Source of the DNA: an uncultured candidate division Zixibacteria bacterium
GTDB lineage: Bacteria > Zixibacteria > MSB-5A5 > UBA10806 > 4484-95
Length of the DNA: 64,000 nt
Direction: 5' to 3'
Assembly: GCA_963668625.2 (NCBI GenBank)
Contig: CAXXKA010000001.1
Span: 288,001-352,000, forward strand
The notes beneath the pieces were generated by a model that saw only the letters and a program-made list of their open reading frames with translations, had not been told where the DNA came from and searched no databases. How positions within the stretch are numbered: position 1 is the first letter of the stretch; each line of letters begins with the position of its first letter. Position numbers and translations under genes: made by a program. Below, one piece after another: positions 11,165 through 20,451 of this stretch.

Positions 11165-12334
11165 ATGAGTTTTACCGGAAACCTTAAGACAGTCTCATTG
11201 CCCGATATATTTCAATTAATTTTCTCCACGAAAAAAACCGGTGTTTTATCTATCGAAAAAGGCGAGGAGAGAAAAGATATATATTTCCGAAGTGGTTTCA
11301 CTATATTTGCCGCGTCCTCATCCGAACAGGATTTATTCGGAAATATTCTACTCAAACAGGGACGAATCTCCAAGCCGGAATTGATGAAGGTTCTCAAAGA
11401 GAAAAAAGATGGTAAAAAAATAGGCGCTACTTTAGTCGAGCGAGGATTGTTTACCAGGGATGAGATCCTCGATTCGCTGCGATTACAGATCGAGGAGATC
11501 ATATACGGGTTGTTCGCCTGGAAAGACGGCGATTTCAAATTCGTCGAGGGCAAAGCTCCACCGCCGGAAACCATTCAGACTGAACTCAATCCCATGAATA
11601 TCATCATGGAGGGTACTCGTCGCATTGACGAATGGGAGGAGTTGAAAAAGATATTACCTCCCGATAACGTCATGGTCGAGTTGGAGAGAAATCCGGTATT
11701 AAAAACCGAGCAAATCCGTCTTTCTCGTAATGAGATATTGGTGATGGCGCTTATCGGTTCGGGTAAGAAGATGGCTGATATTGTCAAGGAATCGGTGCTC
11801 GATCAGTTCCTGACCTCGAAAGCTCTGGCTAATATAATGCAGGTCGGACTGATAAAGATCGGCAAAGAGGTGGTAGATCAGCAAAAACCGGCGATTGATG
11901 AAACCGAGGAGCTGATATTATTGCTTTCTAATATATATAAACATAATTTCGAGACTATCCTTCAGAGCTTGAGAGAGAAGATGGGGCCTAAGGGCGAAAA
12001 GGTTTTTACCGAGACATTCCAGTCGCATAAATCCGACTACCCGTTATTGGCCGATCATCTGACCGGTAAGCACGGCGAATTCGGATTCGAGCTTCTGTTG
12101 AAACTGGCCAAGTCCCTTCCCGATGATGCCAAGGTTCATCGTATTATAGCTAATTTCAACGACCTGCTATGCGACTATCTCAACACTATCCAGAAATACC
12201 TGGGCAAGAAGATGTTCAAGCGGACGGTCTCGCAGATGAAAATTAACACTCAGAATAATATCAACAGTAAAAAGCAACTGGCTTTAAAATGGGGGCTCGA
12301 GGATGAGTTCTCCAGAGCGTTGAGGAGTTTGTAA
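11165..12334 (+). CDS. DUF4388 domain protein with MshEN-like repeat
   Basis: MSFTGNLKTVSLPDIFQLI..KKTGVL, IYFRSG, LFAWKDGDFKF, IIMEGTRRIDEW. Confidence 0.82.
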   Translation: MSFTGNLKTVSLPDIFQLIFSTKKTGVLSIEKGEERKDIYFRSGFTIFAASSSEQDLFGNILLKQGRISKPELMKVLKEKKDGKKIGATLVERGLFTRDEILDSLRLQIEEIIYGLFAWKDGDFKFVEGKAPPPETIQTELNPMNIIMEGTRRIDEWEELKKILPPDNVMVELERNPVLKTEQIRLSRNEILVMALIGSGKKMADIVKESVLDQFLTSKALANIMQVGLIKIGKEVVDQQKPAIDETEELILLLSNIYKHNFETILQSLREKMGPKGEKVFTETFQSHKSDYPLLADHLTGKHGEFGFELLLKLAKSLPDDAKVHRIIANFNDLLCDYLNTIQKYLGKKMFKRTVSQMKINTQNNINSKKQLALKWGLEDEFSRALRSL

Positions 12335-12338
12335 TCTT

Positions 12339-12710
12339 ATGAAAAGAATCAGTCAGTTTCTGGTACCGATAGCCATACTGGCGAGTGGCAAGTCGGCTTA
12401 TGCGGGAGAGTTCTACAATTTGTATCCGCGCTGGCTCGAGCTGACATATCATGGTTTGTTGACGTTGATAATAGTCGTAGGTTTCTTCCTTTGTTTTTCG
12501 ATATTCAATAATTTCAAAGGGGGAAAAATGGGAATGCCCTGGATAATAATAATGATTGCTTTCGTGGCGGCCCTGGCTCGCATGGTGATGAGTCTCCTGT
12601 CAGTGTTCGATATTCAATACTTTCAGGCAATCGCTTTCGCGGGGCTGGATATTTTATTTTTTATATTGCTTCTGATAGGGCTTATTCTTTATAAGGTTGG
12701 ACTGGAGTGA
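12339..12710 (+). CDS. Small hypothetical membrane protein
   Basis: Signal-like N-terminus plus about 3 TM helices; tightly packed in the operon. Confidence 0.65.
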   Translation: MKRISQFLVPIAILASGKSAYAGEFYNLYPRWLELTYHGLLTLIIVVGFFLCFSIFNNFKGGKMGMPWIIIMIAFVAALARMVMSLLSVFDIQYFQAIAFAGLDILFFILLLIGLILYKVGLE

Positions 12711-12765
12711 GCAGGAGTTATTTTAATTGTTACTCAGGTGACGATACCGATAAGCAGGATTTAGT

Positions 12766-13611
12766 ATGAATGTCGATTTAGCAGAATTAGACGATAGAAT
12801 CGCAAAGTGTCAGAAGATACTTGAAACCGATCCTCAGAGCCAGATATTTGCCGCACTGGCCGAGGCCTATCGTAAGAGAAAATTGGTGGATAAGGCGTTC
12901 GAGGTTTGCAAGAAAGGCCTGACAATTCATCCCCAGTATGCCTCGGCATATATCGTGATGGCCAAGATTTTCCTCGACAGGGGGAATTTCGAGGAGGCCA
13001 ACCGTAACCTTCAAAGAGCGATCGAGAGCGGCGGCCGAACCAGATCAGTTGATTTGCTGCAATCCGAAATATTGATCAAGCTCGGGCACAGAGACAAGGC
13101 CAGGATGCTTCTAGATAAGCTGCATAAATCCGATCCCCTGAATGAAAGCGTTAAACGCCTGATGGTTAGCGTCAATGAGGATGAGGTACCTCCAGCCGGT
13201 GAGCTGAAAATGCCGGAAGCCGAGATCAATATTAGATCGACCGCACCATCATCCAGCGAGAAAAAAAGCTATACTCTATCCAATGCCCTGACGATTATAA
13301 AAGTATTACCCAGAGTTCTGGGAGTCGTGGCAGTTGCCCGGGATGGTATTGTCGTTGAAGGTCATTTTGACGGCATGTTATCGAAAGACGAGCTTGGGGC
13401 GTTGGCCTCGGGAGCTTTCGACAGCATCTCGCAGGCGATATCGAGAATCGAACTGGGGGCGCCGGAAGAAATAATGATCGAGACCGAATTTTCAAAACTG
13501 TGGATAATGGTATTCAAGAATTTGCTTATCATTATTTCCATGCGGGATGATGTCAATTTCGGTTCGATAAAATTGAAAGTAACTGAAATATTTAAAAACA
13601 CGGTTTTTTAG
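12766..13611 (+). CDS. TPR-repeat plus C-terminal Roadblock/LC7 fusion protein
   Basis: TPR (FAALAEAYRK..A..VC..GL..HPQYASAYIVMAKI), linker, then GVVAVARDGIVV...LGALAS Roadblock pattern. Confidence 0.8.
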   Translation: MNVDLAELDDRIAKCQKILETDPQSQIFAALAEAYRKRKLVDKAFEVCKKGLTIHPQYASAYIVMAKIFLDRGNFEEANRNLQRAIESGGRTRSVDLLQSEILIKLGHRDKARMLLDKLHKSDPLNESVKRLMVSVNEDEVPPAGELKMPEAEINIRSTAPSSSEKKSYTLSNALTIIKVLPRVLGVVAVARDGIVVEGHFDGMLSKDELGALASGAFDSISQAISRIELGAPEEIMIETEFSKLWIMVFKNLLIIISMRDDVNFGSIKLKVTEIFKNTVF

Positions 13612-14022
13612 GTGAAGCAAATGCTGGTAACCAAAACAGAAAATTATGTCAATAAATTTAAAACGACGCTTCAGTACCTGGTAGAGTACAGTGGGGTGAA
13701 AGGCGCGGTGATATTCGACAGCGATGGATTGGTTGTCGAACATATCAATAAGGACGGCCTGGACCCGGAAGTGCTGTCGCCTCTGGCGTTATTGATTATT
13801 GACCAGACCAGCCAGGTGCTATTCAAGATCGAAGAACCCGCCGTAAATTCGATGGTGTTGAAAAGCAGCGATAGCTGGATAACTATTGAGAGAGTTAACG
13901 ATTTAATTTTACTGGTTAGAGCCGATACCGGCACCGATGATTTGCTCAGGGTGCGCATCGGCCAATCAGTCGACATGATAAAGGCATACTTAAGAGAAAG
14001 ATATCCTCTTTTAGCCAATTGA
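13612..14022 (+). CDS. Roadblock/LC7 domain protein
   Basis: GVKGAVIFDSDGLVV; start codon uncertain (GTG 13612 or ATG 13621). Confidence 0.8.
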   Translation: MKQMLVTKTENYVNKFKTTLQYLVEYSGVKGAVIFDSDGLVVEHINKDGLDPEVLSPLALLIIDQTSQVLFKIEEPAVNSMVLKSSDSWITIERVNDLILLVRADTGTDDLLRVRIGQSVDMIKAYLRERYPLLAN

Positions 14023-14034
14023 TTTGGAGGGTTT

Positions 14035-14373
14035 ATGTATAACGTTCTCGGTGAACTGAATAAAACGACCGGTATCAAAGGTTCGATGCTGGTTGGGGCC
14101 GATGGTATAATCATCGCCGCCGATCTTGATTCCCAGCTCGAGGATGAGACTGTTGGCGCGATGTCAGCCTCCATTCTTTCAAGCGTAACCAAAGCTATGG
14201 ATAGATTAAAAGGCGAGGCGCCGTCACAGGTAACGGTTGAGGCACAAACCGGTAAGGTATTTTTAGCCGATGCCGGCGTGGGAATTCTAACGGTTATCGC
14301 CGAAAAGGAAGTGAATATAGGTTTAGTAAGACTGGAAATGAAAAACGCCATTTCTAAAATAAACGGGCAATAG
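14035..14373 (+). CDS. Roadblock/LC7 domain protein
   Basis: GIKGSMLVGADGIIIA...VNIGLVRLEM; GGAGG RBS. Confidence 0.88.
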   Translation: MYNVLGELNKTTGIKGSMLVGADGIIIAADLDSQLEDETVGAMSASILSSVTKAMDRLKGEAPSQVTVEAQTGKVFLADAGVGILTVIAEKEVNIGLVRLEMKNAISKINGQ

Positions 14374-14382
14374 GGTGTTATA

Positions 14383-15825
14383 ATGGTCTCTATTAATTAC
14401 GCATTTAAAGAGATAATCTCTAAGATCGTTTACTACGGTCCCGGATTATCCGGAAAAACCACCAACCTTCAGCATGTTTTCAAAAAGGTGCCGAAGGATA
14501 CCCGGGGAGAATTAATCAGCCTGGCAACCGATGCCGACCGGACGCTATATTTTGATTTCCTGCCGGTAAATGTTGGCAACATTCGCGGTTTCCAGGTGAA
14601 ATTTCAGCTCTATACCGTTCCCGGACAGGTTTATTATAACGCCACCCGCAAGCTGGTTCTTCGCGGCGTTGACGGTCTCGTGTTCGTGGCCGATTCGCAG
14701 CTCGATAAGATGGATGAGAACATCGAATCGCTGAAAAACCTCGAGGAAAACCTGGCTGAATACGGTTACAACTTATCGGAGATGCCGTTCGTTATCCAGT
14801 ACAACAAGCGTGACTTACCGAATATCGCCACTATAGAGCAATTACAGCAACAGCTAAACACGAGAAACGTGCCTGTTTTCGAGGCCGTGGCAACCTCGGG
14901 CGGTGGTGTTTTCGCTACCCTCAAGGCGATCAGCAAAATCGTGATCGAGAAAGCTCAGAAAAGCAGCGCCGAACGTACCGATTCGAAAACGGCTGTTGTT
15001 GCCGCTATGGATACGTCAGCGCCAAAACCTCAACCTCAGCAAACCGCGCCACCACCTCAACCCGGCAACGAAATCGCGCCATCACCTGCAGCCGAGGTAA
15101 AACCGGAGAATGCTCCTTACGAACTGGATGATTCTCCCTCTGGCGAGGTGAAACCGCAAGTCGAACAGGCTGCCCGGGCGGAAATAAACCCCGAGCAGAG
15201 ACAGGCGGCGGAGCTTTCCTCAAACGATTCCGAGATCAAACCGAAGTCTGCCGGTCAATCGATGTCCGACCAGGTTTCACCCGGAATCGAGTCGTCATCC
15301 AGCCAGGCCATGGAATACGGAGAGTTGCCGGAGGAGGCAACCAATACTCGCATAGGAGATAAAGAGCAAACGCAGCCGGAGCCACGTACACAGGCTCAAG
15401 TCGGTGTAATGGAGAAACCGCAAATTTCCAAAGATTCGGAATTGATGACTAATGTCGTGGTATCCTCCTCACCCGATGATGAGCAACAGGTCGAGGATGT
15501 TTCGCAGCATGAGGATATCGAGGAGACTACAGAGCATGCCGCGCTTAAAGAGGACATTGAGGAGATAAACGTCCAGAAACAAGCAGTCAGGAAACATCAC
15601 CCGGACGTTTTGGATGCGGATAAATTGGATTATCTGAGAGAGAAATTGCAGCAGCCGGCTGAGGCCGAACCTCAGCTAGAACAATTCGATCAGGAGGAGA
15701 CGGTGATTTCCGATCCGAAGCAGACCGGAAACGCGTTCAGCAAACCCCAAATGGCTGAGAGCACCAAGGTAAAAGGTAAAAAGAAATCCGGTTTGTTCGG
15801 ATGGTTAAAAGGTAAAAAACAATAG
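14383..15825 (+). CDS. mglA: MglA-family small GTPase with long low-complexity C-terminal extension
   Basis: KIVYYGPGLSGKTTNL, DRTLYFDFLP, YTVPGQVYYNATRKLVLRGVDG, QYNKRDLP; residues ~195-480 are P/Q/E/S-rich. Confidence 0.9.
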   Translation: MVSINYAFKEIISKIVYYGPGLSGKTTNLQHVFKKVPKDTRGELISLATDADRTLYFDFLPVNVGNIRGFQVKFQLYTVPGQVYYNATRKLVLRGVDGLVFVADSQLDKMDENIESLKNLEENLAEYGYNLSEMPFVIQYNKRDLPNIATIEQLQQQLNTRNVPVFEAVATSGGGVFATLKAISKIVIEKAQKSSAERTDSKTAVVAAMDTSAPKPQPQQTAPPPQPGNEIAPSPAAEVKPENAPYELDDSPSGEVKPQVEQAARAEINPEQRQAAELSSNDSEIKPKSAGQSMSDQVSPGIESSSSQAMEYGELPEEATNTRIGDKEQTQPEPRTQAQVGVMEKPQISKDSELMTNVVVSSSPDDEQQVEDVSQHEDIEETTEHAALKEDIEEINVQKQAVRKHHPDVLDADKLDYLREKLQQPAEAEPQLEQFDQEETVISDPKQTGNAFSKPQMAESTKVKGKKKSGLFGWLKGKKQ

Positions 15826-15844
15826 TTTTTAAGGAGGACTATCA

Positions 15845-16333
15845 GTGACTCAGGAAAACCAGGTCCTATATGAGGAAGAGATCGAGAAGATCGATCGGGT
15901 GCTTACCCGTTTGATTAAAGAAGCCGAGGCCAAATGCGCCCTTCTGGTGGATAAGGACGGGCATTTGATTACTCGCCAGGGCTTCACTCACACACTGGAT
16001 ACGACAGCTCTGGCGGCTTTATTGGCCGGCAATTTCGCCTCCACAAAAGAGATAGCCAGGTTAGTCGGCGAGCCGGAGTTTTCGGTACTCTTTCATCAAG
16101 GCAAAAGAGATCATATCCACATTTCGTTAATTGGCGAGCGTTCCATTTTGGTGGTTATTTTCGATGATCGCACTACAATCGGTATGGTGAGATTATACGC
16201 CAAAGAGATAGGAGAATCTTTACAGGAGATAATGAACAACGCCGGCCAGAAAGGCAAGGAACAGGGCTTAAAGCTCGATGAGGAATTTTCGCAGTCGGCA
16301 GAGGATAAACTGGACGATATTTTTCAGGACTAA
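15845..16333 (+). CDS. mglB: MglB (Roadblock GAP for MglA)
   Basis: YEEE..., LVDKDGHLI, DTTALAALLAGNFA, EFSVLFHQG, VIFDDRTTIGMVRL, acidic C-terminal helix (KLDDIFQD); AGGAGG RBS before GTG. Confidence 0.9.
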   Translation: MTQENQVLYEEEIEKIDRVLTRLIKEAEAKCALLVDKDGHLITRQGFTHTLDTTALAALLAGNFASTKEIARLVGEPEFSVLFHQGKRDHIHISLIGERSILVVIFDDRTTIGMVRLYAKEIGESLQEIMNNAGQKGKEQGLKLDEEFSQSAEDKLDDIFQD

Positions 16334-16351
16334 GGGAGAGTATCCTGTAAT

Positions 16352-18049
16352 ATGGGTGTAGAAATTGGGAAACTGCTGGTTCAATCAGGGAAGATTACCC
16401 AGGATCAGCTAGATCAAGCGTTACAACTTCAAGAGAAATCCGAAAACAAGCTCGGCGAGATACTGGTTAAAATCGGCGCGGTTGAGGATGAGGATGTCAT
16501 CAGTGAATTCGTCGGTAAACAACTAAATATCGGGGCGGTTCGCTTAACCGATGTCGAGCTTAATCCGGAAATCGTTAAACTGATTCCTGAGGATATCGCC
16601 AGGAAGTTTAACGTAATTGCCGTATCGCGTATCGGTAAAACCCTGATTGTCGCTATCTCGGATCCGAACAACATTTATGTTCTGGATGCTATTAAATTTA
16701 TTACGGGTTTTTACATTCAACCTGTTATCTCACCGGAATCGGCTATATCGAAATCGATAGACCGATATTATGACAACAAGGGAGCGTTCGATTCGATTAT
16801 CAAAGAGATCGATGATGAGCTCGAGGTAGTCGATACCTCCGAGGAGGAACTCGAGGAATCCGATCTTCAGGCGCAGGTGCAGGATAAACCCCTGGTCAAG
16901 CTGGTTGACTCGATTATTGCCGATGCTATAAGGCAAGGCGCTTCGGATATTCATTTCGAATGTTATGAAAAGCGTATCAGGGTCAGATACCGAGTGGATG
17001 GTACTCTTCAGGAGAGAGCCCCGATACCTTTTAAATATCGTGCCGCTATTATATCGCGTATGAAAATCATGGCCGACCTGGATATTTCCGAAAGAAGATT
17101 ACCCCAGGATGGTCGTATAAAAGTGAAAATCCAGGATAGAACGGTCGATCTTCGTGTTTCGGTACTGCCGACTATTTTCGGCGAGAAGGTCGTTATGCGT
17201 ATTCTCGATCCGAAATCGTTAATGGTCGACATGACCAAGCTTGGTTTCCCGGAACTCGGCCTGGGTAATTTCAAGAAAGCTATAAAATCGCCGTTTGGTA
17301 TGATATTGGTAACCGGTCCAACAGGTTCGGGTAAAACCACCACTCTGTATTCGGCGCTGAAAACTTTAAACAGTACGGATGTCAACCTGATGACCGCAGA
17401 GGATCCTGTCGAGTTCAATTTCGATGGTATTAACCAGGTGCTGGTTAAATCAGATATCGGCTTATCGTTTGCCGCGGCCTTAAGATCGTTTTTGCGTCAG
17501 GACCCGGATATCATCATGGTTGGTGAGATTCGTGATAAGGAAACCGCCGATATCGCGATCAAAGCGGCATTGACCGGTCACCTCGTGTTTTCGACCCTCC
17601 ATACCAATGATGCCCCTTCAACTGTAAACCGTCTTATTGATATGGGCACGCCACCATTTATGGTAGCCGCCTCGACCCGTTTGATCATGGCGCAGAGGAT
17701 GGTGAAAAAGATATGCAAATACTGCAAAGAAGAGGTGCAGGTTACTCCCGATATTCTTGATGCTCTGGGACTTAGTGGGCCGGAAGCCGATAGCTTGAAA
17801 GTCTATCGGGGCAAGGGTTGTAATAGCTGCAATAACACCGGCTATTCGGGTAGAACCGGTATTTTCGAGATTATGCCTATTTCAGGCAAAATCGAGAAGA
17901 TGATAATAAATAACGATTCCACGATGGAGTTAAGAAAGCAAGCGGTTGAAGAGGGAATGTTTACTTTACGCTCGCATGCTATCGAGAAAATGAAAGAGGG
18001 ATTAATACCGTTGGAGCAGGTAATCGCTAATTCCTCATCCAATGATTAA
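16352..18049 (+). CDS. pilB: Type IV pilus assembly ATPase PilB
   Basis: ASDIHFE, LDISERRLPQDGRI, GPTGSGKTTTLY, LRQDPDIIMVGEIRD, two CxxC motifs. Confidence 0.96.
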   Translation: MGVEIGKLLVQSGKITQDQLDQALQLQEKSENKLGEILVKIGAVEDEDVISEFVGKQLNIGAVRLTDVELNPEIVKLIPEDIARKFNVIAVSRIGKTLIVAISDPNNIYVLDAIKFITGFYIQPVISPESAISKSIDRYYDNKGAFDSIIKEIDDELEVVDTSEEELEESDLQAQVQDKPLVKLVDSIIADAIRQGASDIHFECYEKRIRVRYRVDGTLQERAPIPFKYRAAIISRMKIMADLDISERRLPQDGRIKVKIQDRTVDLRVSVLPTIFGEKVVMRILDPKSLMVDMTKLGFPELGLGNFKKAIKSPFGMILVTGPTGSGKTTTLYSALKTLNSTDVNLMTAEDPVEFNFDGINQVLVKSDIGLSFAAALRSFLRQDPDIIMVGEIRDKETADIAIKAALTGHLVFSTLHTNDAPSTVNRLIDMGTPPFMVAASTRLIMAQRMVKKICKYCKEEVQVTPDILDALGLSGPEADSLKVYRGKGCNSCNNTGYSGRTGIFEIMPISGKIEKMIINNDSTMELRKQAVEEGMFTLRSHAIEKMKEGLIPLEQVIANSSSND

Positions 18050-18073
18050 AAATGGTGAGAAATCAGCCGATAA
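18047..18073 (+). promoter_or_regulatory. Putative sigma-28 (FliA)-type promoter upstream of pilT
   Basis: TAAA-N15-GCCGATAA, matching the established consensus and spacing. Confidence 0.45.
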
Positions 18074-18093
18074 CCTAATAAAAGAGGACTTAT

Positions 18094-19182
18094 ATGTTAT
18101 CGCTAAGAGAATTACTCGAAATCATGGTCAAGCAGAACGCCTCTGACCTACATATCACGGTCGGCACGCCTCCGCAAATCAGGGTTGACGGTAAATTAAC
18201 TAAAACCGATCTTGATACTCTAAAGCCCGAGGACACCAAGAAATTAGCGTATAGTGTTATGAATGAGAAACAACGGTTGAAATTCGAGGAGAATTCCGAG
18301 CTGGATTTATCGTTCGGAATTAAAAATCTGTCTCGATTCCGATGTAATATATTTATGCAAAGGGGCAATGTGGCTATGGCTCTCCGCCAGATTCCCCATC
18401 GCGTGCCTACATTCGAGGAACTGGGTGTTCCCGAATCGATTGTCAAACTATCCGAGCTTCCCCGTGGCTTGATTCTAGTAACCGGACCTACCGGCTCCGG
18501 CAAATCGACGACTCTAGCCGCATTGATCGATAAAGTAAACCGCGAGCAATATAAGCATATTATTACAGTCGAGGATCCGATCGAGTATTTGCACTCGCAT
18601 CAAAATTGTATTGTAAACCAGCGCGAGGTTCATGCCGATACGCAGACATTCGCGGCCTCGCTCAAATATGCTTTAAGGCAGGACCCGGATGTCATCCTGA
18701 TAGGTGAGATGCGTGACCTGGAAACCATGGAGGCCGCCCTGACAATCTCGGAAACCGGTCACCTTGCGTTTGCCACGCTTCATACCAACTCCGCTGCTGA
18801 GGCGATCAACCGTATCATTGACGTTTTCCCGAACAATCAGCAGGAGCAGGTTAGAGTTCAGCTCTCGTTCGTGCTTCAAGCGGTAGTCACCCAGCAGCTT
18901 ATGCCGAAAGTCGGCGGCGGCCGTGTGCTTGCTCTGGAGGTACTGATCGCTACGCCGGCAATGAGGGCGGTAATCAGGGATGACAAGATTCACCAGATTT
19001 ACAGCTTGATCCAGGCCGGTCAAAAATACGGTATGAGAACGATGAACATGAGTATATTCGAATTATATAACGCCAGGAAGGTAACATACAGCGATGCTAT
19101 CTGTCATTCGGTATCTCCGGCTGAACTCGAGGAAATGATAAGTCGTAGCGCGGCAACATCAAACCAACCGGTAAAATTCTAG
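18094..19182 (+). CDS. pilT: Type IV pilus retraction ATPase PilT
   Basis: ASDLHI, GPTGSGKSTTLAA, LRQDPDVILIGEMRD, ETGHL.FATLHTNSA, AVIRDDK (AIRNLIRE-like). Confidence 0.96.
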   Translation: MLSLRELLEIMVKQNASDLHITVGTPPQIRVDGKLTKTDLDTLKPEDTKKLAYSVMNEKQRLKFEENSELDLSFGIKNLSRFRCNIFMQRGNVAMALRQIPHRVPTFEELGVPESIVKLSELPRGLILVTGPTGSGKSTTLAALIDKVNREQYKHIITVEDPIEYLHSHQNCIVNQREVHADTQTFAASLKYALRQDPDVILIGEMRDLETMEAALTISETGHLAFATLHTNSAAEAINRIIDVFPNNQQEQVRVQLSFVLQAVVTQQLMPKVGGGRVLALEVLIATPAMRAVIRDDKIHQIYSLIQAGQKYGMRTMNMSIFELYNARKVTYSDAICHSVSPAELEEMISRSAATSNQPVKF

Positions 19183-19202
19183 CGGTATGATTGGAGGTAT
19201 GC

Positions 19203-20402
19203 GTGCCGGTATTTGAATATAAAGGCAAAACTGTCGGGGGACGGGCAGTTCAAGGTGAAAGAAAAGCCAAGAGCAGAGTTGAGGTCGAAAGGTTTTTAAG
19301 ACATAATAAAATCCTGGCCTCATCTATTAATAAAAAAGCGTCTCAAATAGAGATAAAGTTCGGCACGGGTATCAAGAAAATTGAGATATCGAGATTTACT
19401 CGTCAGTTTTCAACTATGATTGGCGCGGGTTTGCCAATGGTTCAATGTCTTGAGATCTTGTCCAATCAGCTTGAATCGGCAGAATTCAGGAAGATAGCAA
19501 ATAAAGTTAAAGAGGATGTTCAATCCGGTTCGACTCTCTCGGAAGCATTGGGCAAACATAAAAAGGTTTTCGATGATCTCTATGTCAATATGGTCGAGGC
19601 CGGTGAGATCGGCGGCGCGCTCGATACTATCCTGATTCGACTCGCCGCTTATCGTGAGAAAGCCGATAAGCTGGCCCGTCAGGTAAAAGGCGCTCTGGTA
19701 TACCCGATTGTCGTGGCGGTTGTTGCCGGCGGCGTGACATTCGCTATGTTGGCATTCATCGTACCCGTATTCGCCAAGATGTTCGGTGGGCTGGGAGCGG
19801 AATTGCCCGGGCCTACGCAGGCGGTATTGGATATATCCAATTTCTTGCGGGGAAATATGGTGACTATGATCGTGATGGTAATCAGCGCTCTGGTCGCGTT
19901 TAAATTCGGCATGAAAAACCCTGGTTTCGCAATGAAATTCGATCAGTTTAAACTTAAAATGCCTCTATTGGGTGATCTTATCAGGAAAGGCGCGATCTCC
20001 AGGTTTACCAGGACACTGGGCACGCTTTTATCATCCGGTGTGTCTATTCTGGATGCTCTTGATATCACCGCCAAAACATCCGGTAACCTTGTTCTGCAGC
20101 ATGCTATTCGTAAATCGATGTATTCGATTGCCGAGGGTGAAACTATTACCCAACCGCTGAAAGAGTCGGGTGTGTTTCCGCCTATGGTTACCCAGATGAT
20201 ATCTGTCGGTGAAAAAACCGGCGGCCTGGATGAGATGTTATCGAAAATCGCGGATTTTTACGATGAGGAGGTTGATGCCGCTGTGGCAGCCTTAACCTCG
20301 ATTATCGAGCCTGTAATCATCGTGTTTATGGGCGCGGTTATCGGTGGTATCCTTATCGCAATGTACCTGCCGATGTTCGAGATCATCGGAAAGATTTCTT
20401 AA
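19203..20402 (+). CDS. pilC: Type IV pilus platform protein PilC (T2SSF family)
   Basis: FTRQFSTMIGAGLP, AGEIGGALD, VGEKTGGLDEML, AMYLPMF; GTG start after GGAGG. Confidence 0.95.
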   Translation: MPVFEYKGKTVGGRAVQGERKAKSRVEVERFLRHNKILASSINKKASQIEIKFGTGIKKIEISRFTRQFSTMIGAGLPMVQCLEILSNQLESAEFRKIANKVKEDVQSGSTLSEALGKHKKVFDDLYVNMVEAGEIGGALDTILIRLAAYREKADKLARQVKGALVYPIVVAVVAGGVTFAMLAFIVPVFAKMFGGLGAELPGPTQAVLDISNFLRGNMVTMIVMVISALVAFKFGMKNPGFAMKFDQFKLKMPLLGDLIRKGAISRFTRTLGTLLSSGVSILDALDITAKTSGNLVLQHAIRKSMYSIAEGETITQPLKESGVFPPMVTQMISVGEKTGGLDEMLSKIADFYDEEVDAAVAALTSIIEPVIIVFMGAVIGGILIAMYLPMFEIIGKIS

Positions 20403-20417
20403 ACAGATAAATCAATC

Positions 20418-20448
20418 GCCCCCGTCACTAATTGGCGGGGGCTTTTTT
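20418..20448 (+). terminator. Intrinsic terminator after pilC
   Basis: GCCCCCGTCA-ctaat-TGGCGGGGGC followed by TTTTTT. Confidence 0.75.
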
Positions 20449-20451
20449 ATT

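Noticed and set aside
13671-14351. Long antisense ORFs (also 29404-30027, 30416-31006, 44422-45066, 50425-50970, 53320-53865)
   Set aside because: Shadows of well-supported genes on the opposite strand, with no recognisable motifs.
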